This document shows, one piece after another, positions 11,654-23,105 of a DNA stretch of 64,000 nucleotides. How positions within the stretch are numbered: the stretch's first letter is position 1; each line of letters opens with the position of its first letter. The position numbers and the translations under genes are program-made. The notes below the pieces were generated by a model. The model saw nothing but the letters and a program-made list of their open reading frames with translations, was not told the DNA's origin and searched no databases. The DNA comes from Selaginella moellendorffii (taxonomy: Eukaryota; Plantae; Lycopodiophyta): NCBI RefSeq assembly GCF_000143415.4, contig NW_003314399.1:15798-79797 (forward strand), given 5' to 3'.

Positions 11654-13386
11654 ATGGCGGCGAATCACGCGCCATTGTCGCCGCTCAGCTTCCTCTATAG
11701 ATCCGCGGCAGTGTTTGGGGACAGGACATCGCTGATTCACGGCGCCTCATCCTTCACTTGGTCGCAGACTCTGGATCGATGCCGTCGTCTCGCGTCCGCA
11801 ATCTCTCTCCGGTTCGGCGTCAATCCTGGCGCTGTGGTATGCGAAATTCCAGTGCTCTCGATCGAAATTGGCCGATTGATCCATCGAAATATCGTGTTCT
11901 TGGTTGTCATTTCTTGTTCTTCCAGGTCTCCGTCGTGGCCCCCAACGTCGCCGCGATCTATGAGATGCACTTCGGCGTTCCCATGGCCGGGGCTATCCTC
12001 AACACGATCAACTTCCGGCTGGACGCGCGCACAATCGCGCTGCTGCTGGATCACGCCCAGAGCCGCGCGGTCTTTGTGGACTCGGAGTTCTTCCCTCTCG
12101 TCACGCAAGCTCTCCAGCTCCTGGCCGAATCGTCCAAGCCTCTCCCCCAGCTCGTCCTAGTCAAAGATAAGTCCTATACTTCTCAAGCAGCTCACAGCTA
12201 TGGTGGAATTCTAGAGTACGAGGAGTTGCTCGAGAATTCCAGCCCGGATTTTCCTCTCGTCCTTCCCGACGATGAAGAACAGTCCATCGCCTTGAACTAC
12301 ACGTCCGGTACCACTTCCAGGCCCAAGGGCGTTCTCTACACTCACCGTGGAGCGTATCTCAACTCCATAGCCAGCATTCTCCTGTGGGAGGTGGGACCTT
12401 TTCCAGTCTACCTCTGGACGCTCCCAATGTTTCACTGCAATGGCTGGTGCTTTACGTGGGCGATCGCGGCCCAGGGTGGAACCAACATTTGTCTACGCAA
12501 CGTCACTGCCAAAGCCACCTTTGATGCCATAGCCGAGAGCTCCGTCACTCACCTCTCTGGAGCTCCCACGGTCCTCAACATGATCGCCAGCTCCATCCCC
12601 AGCGAGAGGAGAGATCTTCCGGACAAGGTGGCGGTGATCGTCGGGGGCGCTCCTCCGCCAGCGGCGATCCTCTCGAGCATGGAGGAGCTCGGCTTCGTCG
12701 TGACACACGCTTACGGCCTCACGGAGACTTACGGGCCGGCTTTAGTCTGCGCGTGGCGGCCTCACTGGAACTCTTTTCCTCTCGAGGAGCGAGCCAAGCT
12801 CAAGAGCCGGCAAGGCGTCGTCCACCTCGGGCTCCACCAGGCGGACGTCAAGGATCCGGCAACCATGGAGTCGGTTGCCCGAGATGGCCGGACGCTGGGA
12901 GAAGTGATGGTCCGCGGAAGCACTGTGATGAAAGGCTACCACAGAGACGATGAAGCGACGAGGGCGGCGTTCCAGGGAGGATGGTTCCATACCGGTGACT
13001 TGGGAGTGATCCATCCGGATGGTTACATCCAGCTGCGCGACCGATCCAAGGATATCATCATCTCGGGTGGCGAGAACATCAGTAGCATCGAGGTGGAGTC
13101 GGTTCTCTACGGCCATCCGGAAGTTCTTGAGGCGGCTGTGGTCGCTCGGCCCGACGATTTCTGGGGGGAGACGCCCTGTGCATTCGTGACGCTCAAGGAC
13201 ATTGGTGGTGCGACCAGCGCTCGAGGGATCATCGATTACTGCCGGGCTCGGATGCCCCACTTCATGGTTCCTCGATCCGTGGTGTTTGGAGAGCTTCCAA
13301 AGACGTCCACTGGTAAGGTCCAAAAGTTCTTGCTCCGAGACAGGGCCAGAGCCATGGGAAGCCTCAAAGCTCCCAGCAAGCTTTGA
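11654..13386 (+). CDS. Peroxisomal acyl-activating enzyme (AAE clade I, short-chain/benzoate-CoA ligase-like), copy 1, 2 exons
   Basis: ANHAPLSPLSFL, AMP-binding YTSGTTSRPKG, YGLTET, GWFHTGDL, DRSKDIIISGGENISSIEVE, PTS1 SKL*; intron ~11837-11925. Confidence 0.96.
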
Positions 13387-13718
13387 TACTAATTATGTTT
13401 AGTAAGATGGTAGTAATATAAGAAAGCATTGATCAAGCAGAATTCTAATATATCACAAACTGAGTTGTTTCAAATGTGCCACAATGGCACGTACCATCAA
13501 TAACAGGTCCTTTGCAGCAATCGTGCAAAAAGCTCCTTTTAAGCACTTGTGAATAGACTAACATACTGAGATATACTTATTAGCATCTTAAATCATATGC
13601 TGCATGAATACAACAGTGAACGAATAACGTTGTTACAGGATTGAATAAGATTTCCTGCTTTCTCGTAATTCATGGTCAAGCGACAAGGTTGGTCCAAAAC
13701 TTCTCTCCTCCAGTATTT

Positions 13719-14716
13719 GTTATTGAAACTGCGAGGAGACTTTGTCGAGAAGAGGAACTCTTTTAACTGCGAGAGAGATTTTGTTAAACCAGTTATGAAA
13801 AAAAGAGAAGCTGTGATACTTACCATCACCTGTAGCAAGCCATGGTTACTGGGGTGGAAATAATCTTCTCAGCAACTTTGCCAATATCATCCAAAGTCAG
13901 CTCTCGAACGGTGTCGATAAACTCCTTTGCGGGTTTCCTGTCACCAAATAAAATGGTCACAAATAGATTCACAAACCATTTAGCTCTCTAACCTGCAACC
14001 ATAGGTGAGAATTTGCCGACCAATGTCCTCATTCACGACCACCTACAAAGAAAACATTTTGTTTATCTATGGAAAGACAAAAAGTTTTTTTTTTTTGGAA
14101 GAAAATATTGTTCTACTTCACGAACCCGAGACTCGAGATTAATCAAAACAAGTGAAACGGTTGCATTCTGTGTGCGCTCCAATTCAATCTCGTCGACTGG
14201 AATGGAAAAGAGCGATCAAAGACAAGCTAGAATTGAAAAGTTTCAAAGTAGCTCATCTCCTATGAGATCTACAAGCTCGCCTACAAACTTGTGCTCCTAG
14301 AAGAAGATCACAGGAACACGCGTTTAGCAACTAGAAACTATTGCGAGAGAGTGCTACTCACAGACGATGCGTGAATTCCAAACAAGCCGGAGTCATTGTA
14401 CACGGAAGTAAAAGCAGTAAAATTTTCCACCTTGGGATGAACAGCCAGAACGCGAGTATCTGGAAGAGTTATTGCAAAAATTAAGTAAGAAGAAAACCAA
14501 AACCACGAACGATACTTACACAATCTAGAATGGACACCCTTGCCCTGGCCTCCGGAAGAAAACGAACCACCTCCTCCAAGAAGCGACTAAAGGACGTAGA
14601 CATTCCTACAGTAAACTTGATAGAGAAGGGAAGCTTACTTGTAACACGGTCGCCGTGACAGCATCGCATTCGTTTCTCCAGCCACCAGGGATTTCAAGCG
14701 CGATGGAAACCGATGT
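13719..14716 (-). pseudogene. MPP-alpha 3'-half pseudogene
   Basis: Copy of 17658-18679 lacking the 5' exons; ~30 bp deletion at ~14250 and an extra A at ~13894. Confidence 0.9.
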
Positions 14717-15369
14717 TCTTGACTTTCTACTGCATATTTATTGAACTCAAACCTTTAGTAATTCATTGTAGGTGTCAATAAATCTGAAAAGATCACAAAA
14801 TCAGCATATGCATCTAAAAACAAAGTCCTCTGCTTAATATCTAAGCTCTACAAGCTTATTGATAAAGTGTAGAAAATCTTCATAAAAAAGTTGGTTTGGA
14901 TTGGCTGATTACCATGAAATATGGCCAAGTTTTGTCATAAAAACTCAATTTTCATTTTGTCCTCTTAAAGGTTGTGAAACAACTTTCCCAAATTACTTCC
15001 TGGTTGACATATTAATAGCCATCCCAGACACAAAATTGATTTACACCTAACCCAGGCCATAGAATATTCTTGAAAAATTCCCCTGATTTACTTGAAGTGC
15101 ATAGAAACAGGAGGTTCTCTCCCACGGTTTGATGCAAAGGATGCCCATGGGAGATTGTTATGGTGGATGATGCCAAGGTGCCACAATGACATTGTGACAT
15201 AAAGGTTTCCTCTCAATTTCAAGCAAAAACTTTAAAGTGGGTTTCTTACAGTTGGCTCAGACGCGCATGGCATACAGGACATAGATGCGGAATAGTAGAA
15301 GACACAAGATGAGAGCTTCACATTATCAGCCATGGCGACCATAAAATCCTTCTTCTTCTTCTCCCAGTG

Positions 15370-16345
15370 GCCAGCATGTTGCCTGAAATCTCCGACGGAA
15401 GTTATAAGCAGCTACTTGGGCTTTTTTTTGTCGATGGTGTTTGCTTTTGCTGGAGAAAGAGTAACGAGTGTTAGCGGATTTTTCTTTTCTTGTGGGAAAA
15501 TACCTTGATGAGCTCTTCCTGCTGTTCTGGAAATGCTGGCGCTCTTCTCGCTGGGAAGCAGACGAACGCTCTGCAAGAAATCAAACAGCAAAAGATGAAA
15601 TAACCAGAAACGAAAGTCCAAGTTTTTACCTGGAACAGAGCGATCTAAAAGTCAAGCCATTTGCTTAGCTGCAGAAAGCTCTTCAAACTTAAGACGCTAT
15701 CATCTCTTGTGGTGTCAAGGAAACTAGCCCTCGGGTTCCGAAAGCGAGTTTCTGGTTGGGCCTTCCTCTTCAACTTATCCGGCCAAGGATCATCACTAAC
15801 GTGGAGTTCTTCAGCCTCACTCGCCACCTTCCTGCCCTTTCTGGAAGAAGCATCGGAATGAGAACAGCTCCATCCTTGAAGCCACATATTTGTTGTTGTT
15901 GAGCGACTCTATATGTTGCTGCTGCTGCTGCTGCTGCTGCTTCTCTTTCTCCCTCCTCTCACCGCAAGACAATCAAGCAAACTGGGAAGAACTCGATACC
16001 CGAGTTGTGTGGAGGAACGTAGCGAAAGCTGCGAGCGACAGCAGTAGCGTTCCTGTGCTGTGCTAATCTTCTCACGGCCAAGCTGACGCTCCCACTGGCA
16101 GCACGGCACCAAGATCTTAGATCGTCGAATCTTGGTCGATCCAGTCGATGGAAGCTGCTTGAATTCCCGGGGCAATCTAAACAAGGAGTCGTGGCCATCT
16201 GGATCCAAAGTCTTCGATGTGGAGCTGCTGCCCAGGCTTACTTGCAATAGCGGTCGGCTTTCTTCCCTGGATCCCTGGATTTCTTCTTCGTCTCGACCGC
16301 TTGCCCAAGAGCCCTAAAATTTAGGGTCCTTAAACCTTGAATAAA
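15370..16345 (-). pseudogene. Internally deleted inverted copy of the FRG1-like + LETM1-like genes
   Basis: Segments match 22455-22500 (promoter palindrome), 22857-22884 (KKADRYCK*), 22942-23560 (LETM1 exon 1) and 24640-25150 (LETM1 3' exons) in reverse complement, with large deletions and frameshifts. Confidence 0.9.
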
Positions 16346-16359
16346 CCCTAGCGAGGGGG

Positions 16360-18679
16360 ATGAAGAAAGCGAGGCGGCTGGGCGAGGTGAGATCTCTCAT
16401 TGGGAGCTTGAATGCGGCGATTGAATCAGTTCTTTCAGGCCGCTCTCGATACTTGGAGATCGATCTCGACTTCCAGAGTCTCCAAGCAAGCTTTAGCAGC
16501 CAGAACAGCAGCCGCAGAGGAGCCCAAAGGAAAGGGGTTGCTCTCGTGGTTCCAGCGCAAGAAAAAGAAGGGCCTGCTATCAGATCTTCCCACGCTCTAC
16601 GAGCCTCTTCCAGGCGTCAAACTCCCTCTCGATCTGGACGATGGCTTTGCTCTGCCAGTGGAGACTAAAATCACCAAACTCGCCAATGGATTGACGGTGG
16701 CTTCCGAGAACACTATGGTGAGAAGCTCTTGCCATTCTCGATGGTTTTCTACGCTCAAAATCGTTTTTTTTTGTGAGAGTTCTTACTCTATCTCTCGTGC
16801 AGGGACCGACAGCAACCATTGGAGTTTATGTTGATTCCGGCAGCTCTCACGAGACTCCTTTCAACTCCGGCGTGAGCCATATTCTGGAACGCATGGCTTT
16901 CAAGAGCACGCGAAACCGGACGCACTTGAGGCTTGTCCGCGAAGCGGAAGCCATCGGCGGTAATGTTCTTGCGTCTGCTTCGCGAGAGCAAATGTCTTAT
17001 ACGGGTGATGTGATAAGGAGCTTTGTTCCCGAGATTGTGGAGCTTCTTGCCGATAGCATCCGGAACCCGGCTTTCCACGACTGGGAAATCAAAGAACAGG
17101 TCCCTTTCTCGCTGGTTGATTGATCATCTTTGAGAACTTTCTTTTTCTTTTGGATCCACAGGTGGATATCTTGAGAGAAGAGATTCAAGAGATGGCAAAG
17201 GATCCTCAAGCGATGCTTCTGGAGGCTCTCCATCCTGCCGGTTATAAGGGCCCTCTTGGCAAAGCACTGGTGACAAGCGAGTCCTCGTTGGATAGAATCG
17301 ACTCTCGCGCTCTTCACGAGTTTGTAGCTGTAAGTTCTTCCTCTCTTCTTTTTGTTTTCCTTGTTCTTGTGGTTTTCTAATACCATGGATCTTTCTAGGC
17401 AAACTATACAGCTTCACGGATGGTTTTCGCTGGCTCTGGCGTCGAACACGACTATTTCCTCTCGCTGGTTAAACCGTTGTTCGAGGACATGCCTCTGGTG
17501 GCTCCTCCAGAGCCTGTGAAGTCCGAGTATGTTGGTGGCGAGTGGCGGCTTCAAGGCGAAAGTGATGTAAGAGTTTTTCTTCTTCCTCTTCGTTTTTTTC
17601 TTGTTCTTTCTGTGTGGAAGTGTAGACAGATTTAATACTTTCATTCCTTAAGCAGACTACATCGGTTTCCATCGCGTTTGAAATCCCTGGTGGCTGGAGA
17701 AACGAACGCGATGCTGTCATGGCGACCGTGTTACAAGTAAGCTTCCCTTCTCTATCAAGTTTACTGTAAGAATGTCTGCGTCCTTTAGTCGCTTCTTGGA
17801 GGAGGTGGTTCGTTTTCTTCCGGAGGCCCGGGCAAGGGTGTCCATTCTAGATTGTGTAAGTACGGTTCGTGGTTTTGGTTTTTTTCTTACTTGGATTTTC
17901 CAATAACTCTTCCAGATACTCGCGTTCTGGCTGTTCATCCCAAGGTGGAAAATTTTACTGCTTTTACTTCCGTGTACAATGACACCGGCTTGTTTGGAAT
18001 TCACGCATCGTCTGTGAGTAGCACCCTCTCGCAATAGTTTCTAGTTGCTAAACGCGTGTTCCTGTGATCTTCTTCTAGGAGCACAAGTTTGTAGGCGAGC
18101 TTGTAGATCTCATAGGAGATGAGCTTATTTCTGTGGCAGAACCTGGAGAAGGTACTTTGAAACTTTTCTCTTCTCGCTTGTCTGTGATCGCTCTTTTCCA
18201 TTCCAGTCGACGAGATTGAATTGGAGCGCGCAAAGAATGCAACCGTTTCACTTGTTTTGATGAATCTCGAGTCTCGGGTTCGTGAAGTAGAACAATATTT
18301 TCTTCCAAAAATTTTTTTTTTTTGTCTTTCCATAGATAAACAAAATGTTTTTTGTAGGTGGTCGTGAATGAGGACATTGGTCGGCAAATTCTCACCTATG
18401 GTTGCAGGTTAGAGAGCTAAATGGTTTGTGAATCTATTTGTGACCATTTTATTTGGTGACAGGAAACCCGCAAAGGAGTTTATCGACACCGTTCGTGAGC
18501 TGACTTTGGATGATATTCGCAAAGTTGCTGAGAAGATTATTTCCACCCCAGTAACCATGGCTTGCTACGGCGATGGTAAGTATCACAACTTCTCTTTTTT
18601 TCATAACCTGTTTAACAAAATCTCTCTCGCAGTTAAAAGAGTTCCTCTTCTCGACAAAGTCTCCTCGCAGTTTCAATAA
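16360..18679 (+). CDS. MPPA: Mitochondrial processing peptidase alpha subunit, multi-exon
   Basis: [40 protein letters not shown], Gly-rich loop [33 protein letters not shown], ends KVSSQFQ*. Confidence 0.95.
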
Positions 18680-18916
18680 CAAATACTGGAGGAGAGAAGT
18701 TTTGAACCAACCTTGTCGCTTGACCATGAATTACGAGAAAGCAGGAAATCTTATTCAATCCTGTAACAACGTTATTCGTTCACTGTTGATTCATGCAGAA
18801 TATGCTTATAAGATGCTAATAAGCAAAGGACATGTTATTGCGTGCCATTGTGGCATATTTGAAACAATATCAGAATTCTGCTTGATGCTTTCTTATAATA
18901 CAACCATCTATTAGTA

Positions 18917-20657
18917 TCAAAGCTTGCTGGGAGCTCTGAGGCTTCCCATGGCTCTGGCCCTGTCCCGGAGCAAGAACTTTTGGACCTTACCAGTGGAAGT
19001 CTTTGGAAGCGCTCCAAACACCACAGATCGAGGATTCATGAAGTGGGGCAGCCGAGCCCGGCAGTAATCGATGATCTCTCGAGCGCTGGTCGCACCACCA
19101 CTCCTCTTGAGCGTCACGAACGCGCAGGGCGTCTCCCCCCAGAAATCGTCGGGCCGAGCGACCACGGCCGCCTCGAGAACTTCCGGATGGCCGTAGAGAA
19201 CCGACTCCACCTCGATGCTACTGATGTTCTCGCCACCCGAGATGATGATATCCTTGGATCGGTCGCGCAGCTGGATGTAACCATCCGGATGGATCACTCC
19301 CAAGTCACCGGTATGGAACCATCCTCCCTGGAACGCCGCCCTCGTCGCTTCATCGTCTCTGTGGTAGCCTTTCATCACAGTGCTTCCGCGGACCATCACT
19401 TCTCCCAGCGTCCGGCCATCTCGGGCAACCGACTCCATGGTTGCCGGATCCTTGACGTCGGCCTGGTGGAGCCCGAGGTGGACGACGCCTTGCCGGCTCT
19501 TGAGCTTGGCTCGCTCCTCGAGAGGAAAAGAGTTCCAGTGAGGCCGCCACGCGCAGAATAGCGCCGGCCCGTAAGTCTCCGTGAGGCCGTAAGAGTGTGT
19601 TACGACGAAGCCGAGCTCCTCCATGCTCGAGAGAATCGCCGGTGGCGGAGGAGCGCCCCCGACTCTCACCGCCACCTTGTCCGGAAGATCTCTCCTCTCG
19701 CTGGGGATGGAGCTGGCGATCATGTTGAGGACCGTGGGAGCTCCAGAGAGGTGAGTGACGGAGCTCTCGGCTATGGCGTCAAAGGTGGCCTTGGAAGTGA
19801 CGTTGCGTAGACAAATGTTGGTTCCACCTTGGGCCGCGATCGCCCACGTAAAACACCAGCCATTGCAGTGGAACATTGGGAGCGTCCAGAGGTAGACTGG
19901 AAAAGGTCCCATCTCCCACAGGAGAATGCTGGCTATGGAGTTGAGATACGCTCCACGGTGAGTGTAGAGAACACCCTTGGGCCTGGAGGTGGTACCGGAC
20001 GTGTAGTTCAAGGCGATGGATTGTTCTTCATCATCGGGAAAGACGAGAGGAAAATCCTGGCTGGAATTCTCGAGCAACTCCTCGTACTCTAGAATTCCAC
20101 CATAGCTGTGAGCTACTTGAGAAGTATAGGACTTATCTTTGATAAGGACGAGCTGGGGGAGAGGCTTGGACGATTCGGCCAGGAGCTGGAGAGCTTGCGT
20201 GACGAGAGGGAAGAACTCCGAGTCCACAAAGACCGCGCGGCTCTGGGCGTGATCCAGCAGCAGCGCGATTGTGCGCGCGTCCAGCCGGAAGTTGATCGTG
20301 TTGAGGATCGCCCCGACCATGGGAACGCCGAAGTGCATCTCATAGATCGCGGCGACGTTGGGCGCCACGACGGAGACCTGGAAGAACGCAAGAACAAGAA
20401 ATGACAACCAAGAACACGATATTTCGATGGATCGATCGGCCAATTTCGATCGAGAGCACTGGAATCTCGCATACCACAGCGCCAGGATTGACGCCGAGCC
20501 GGAGTGAGATTGCGGATGCGAGACGGCGGCATCGATCCAGAGTTTGCGACCAAGTGAAGCATGAGGCGCCGTGAATCAGCGATGTTTTGTCCCCAAACAC
20601 TGCCGCGGATCTATAGAGGAAGCTGAGCGGTGACAATGGCGCGTGATTTGCCGCCAT
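18917..20657 (-). CDS. Peroxisomal acyl-activating enzyme, copy 2, 2 exons
   Basis: Intact, nearly identical paralog of 11654-13386, ending RAPSKL*; intron ~20378-20474. Confidence 0.96.
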
Positions 20658-21259
20658 CGCTCTCTCCTCCATCTCCTCTCCTCCAATCATATTCACATAT
20701 GGTTGTCAATCACAAACATAAAATTGATAAATATCCCTTTACCTTTTTTATGTTTTTTGAGTTGGTCTCTCTATTTCTATCATTAAGATTTCCTCCTTTT
20801 CATCATAGTCATCATCATTAATGTCATATTTCTCAATATCCCACTCCTTTGCCATCTATTCTAATATATATCAATGAAATGAGTAAGGAGTATAACTTTA
20901 GGGCAATACTACCTAAAACATAGAGAAGGAATAATTTTATGATAGAAAGTTAAAGATTGTTTAAGAGTGCAATATTGAGAGTCTTTGCGAGTTAGAGACT
21001 AAGTTGAGCATAATTAATAATAAGCATCTACAATCAATTGAATTGATAGATAAAGCATATAAATTAGTTTTTAGAAGTGGGAAACTGGAGTATAAAAAAG
21101 TACCTACTTTTGCTTAATTTTGTTTACAATAGTGCTTAATAATTAATTATTAGCATTGCCATTCATAGCAATGTATAGTTATAAATCAAGGCTTATTGTG
21201 AGTTTGAGTTTAGTTTTTGTTTGAGTGCCTTTTATTTGTGATTTTCTCAAGATTATTCA

Positions 21260-21770
21260 AATAATCTTGAGCAGGCAAGCTCAAAAACAAGATAAAAGGT
21301 TAACTAATGAATATCATTATCATCAAAAGTATAAAATTGATGATAAAATTTTCTTTAAGCTATGTAATGTAAAATGGTCTCTAAAAGGAGGTAATAGTGT
21401 GAAGTTGTCTCTACAATATTATGGACTTTGGACAATTTTACAATATGTGGGGGATCTTACTTACACTTTGGATTTATTAGTTAGTTTGAAAATTCATCAA
21501 ACATTCATATCACCAAGTTTAAAACATATATACACTCTAGTGATGTTATGGATCAATTCATAATCCAAGTCCTAAAGATTAATGCTGAAAAGATTAGTCC
21601 AATAAGAATTTTCACTCAAAAGTTAGTAAAGGCATATAACAAAACAATTTAGGAATTTTTGGTTCAATAGAATAGTTATTCATGGATGAGGTCACATGAA
21701 ATCAAGGATGACATGAAAAAAGTGTTTCTGAGTTTCCATTATGGCTTTCCGAAGAAGGGGAAAATTAAGT
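21260..21770 (+). mobile_element. Highly decayed Ty3/gypsy chromovirus relic (integrase C-terminus + chromodomain)
   Basis: KLSLQYYGLWTILQYVGDLTYTLDL..LKIHQTF resembles the GPY/F module, followed by a chromodomain-like I*EFLVQ*NSYS...EVT* with Trp-to-stop changes. Confidence 0.75.
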
Positions 21771-22500
21771 TTTTTAACCGTATTATTATATAATTTGAGT
21801 TATTGCTTTATTCTTATTCTTTTATTTCCATAACTGTATTATCATATAAATTTTTTTTTCTTTCATTGTTGTTTGCTACAATGTTAATATTGCTATTTAC
21901 ACATCTTTTCTCTATGGCTGTATTACTTTGAACTCCCTTCATTTAAGTATTACCTTGGACTCTCTTCATCTAAAGCTAGTTTAGCTTTTCAAATACTACT
22001 ATTAATGGATGAAAGGAGAACAACACGACCAACTGAAAAATTCTAAGAATATTCTATGAGCGTTGGCCTTTGTTTGTTTCACCCACAGCCATGAAATAAG
22101 AAACTAGCAAACAACACAACAAAATCGTGTATCACACCAACATTGTCCTCTGTGGCGTGTCGGATCGATTGATTGGCCACTCATCCTACAAGGAATATCA
22201 TATTTCCAAGTATATTCTCCATGTGTGGTAGTGTTAAAGCCTGTTAAAACATCAACTTCAGTGATATTTTTGAGTAGGACAATACATTTTGGGCTATCAC
22301 ACACCAAGCCAGATAGAGGATCTGTACAAGTAGTGTATAATAGGATATTATAGAATCTTTCGTTACATATTTTATTTCAACATTTAGTTTCACATTTACG
22401 TGGTTTATAACATACAGCCACTGGCAAGTTATGCCGAAGTAGATGTCTAAAGATTCAAGGGTTAAAGAATCTAGAGCCCTAAATTTTAGGGTTCTTAGGG

Positions 22501-22884
22501 ATGGCATCGTCCGCCTACGAGAGCGTCAAGGGAGGTAAGCTCTCGCTCAAGCTCGGCGCCAATGCGGCCGACAGGCCGATCGCGAAGAAGAGGAAGAAGA
22601 AGAAATCCAAGGCGCAGGAGGAGGAAGAATCCGGCGCAGGGAAGACACTGGAGGAATCCGGGGGCTATGAGATCGACACAGGGATAGGGCATGCGCCGGA
22701 TGGGAAGAAGAGTAAGAAATACGAGGAGCTCTTCCCTGTGGAGACGAAGAGATTCGGGTATGAGATCCCGAAATCTTCTGCTGCCGCGGCCGCGGCTGTC
22801 GCGGCGTCTGCGAAGGAATCGGCATCGCGAGAGGCGGCTCTGGACGAGCGCGTGAAGAAGAAAGCCGACCGCTATTGCAAGTAA
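22501..22884 (+). CDS. Small basic nuclear protein with FRG1-like termini (127 aa, intronless)
   Basis: N-terminal YESVKGGKLSLK plus poly-K NLS; C-terminal ALDERVKKKADRYCK resembles the FRG1 C-terminus; telo-box palindrome upstream. Confidence 0.85.
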   Translation: MASSAYESVKGGKLSLKLGANAADRPIAKKRKKKKSKAQEEEESGAGKTLEESGGYEIDTGIGHAPDGKKSKKYEELFPVETKRFGYEIPKSSAAAAAAVAASAKESASREAALDERVKKKADRYCK

Positions 22885-23105
22885 GAAAATACCTTGTCAG
22901 CAGCTTAGCTAGTGTGACATGGCCGTGCCACATCGGAGACTTTGGATCCAGATGGTCACGACTCCTTGTTTAGTTTGCTCCGGGAATTCAAGCAGCCATT
23001 TGGCCTTCCATCTTCCCGGGACGGCTGGACCAAGATTTGGATTTTTACTGCTCGACGATCTAATGGGAGGCAGCTTTGCTTTGGTGCCGTGCTGCTGGAT
23101 TTCTC

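Larger units (their letters stand above)
11612..14716. repeat. Left arm of a ~3.1 kb inverted duplication (right arm ~17658-20693)
   Basis: Reverse complement aligns near-continuously across AAE, the intergenic region and the MPP-alpha 3' exons/introns. Confidence 0.95.

Noticed and set aside
11612-20693. Duplication as a pure haplotype-assembly artefact
   Set aside because: The copies show reciprocal deletions, frameshifts and unique junction fillers, which allelic mis-assembly would not readily give; not fully excluded without reads.
22100-22310. Ulp1-protease-like fragment (WPI..DTPQ.DN)
   Set aside because: Too short and needs a frameshift; no catalytic motif visible.
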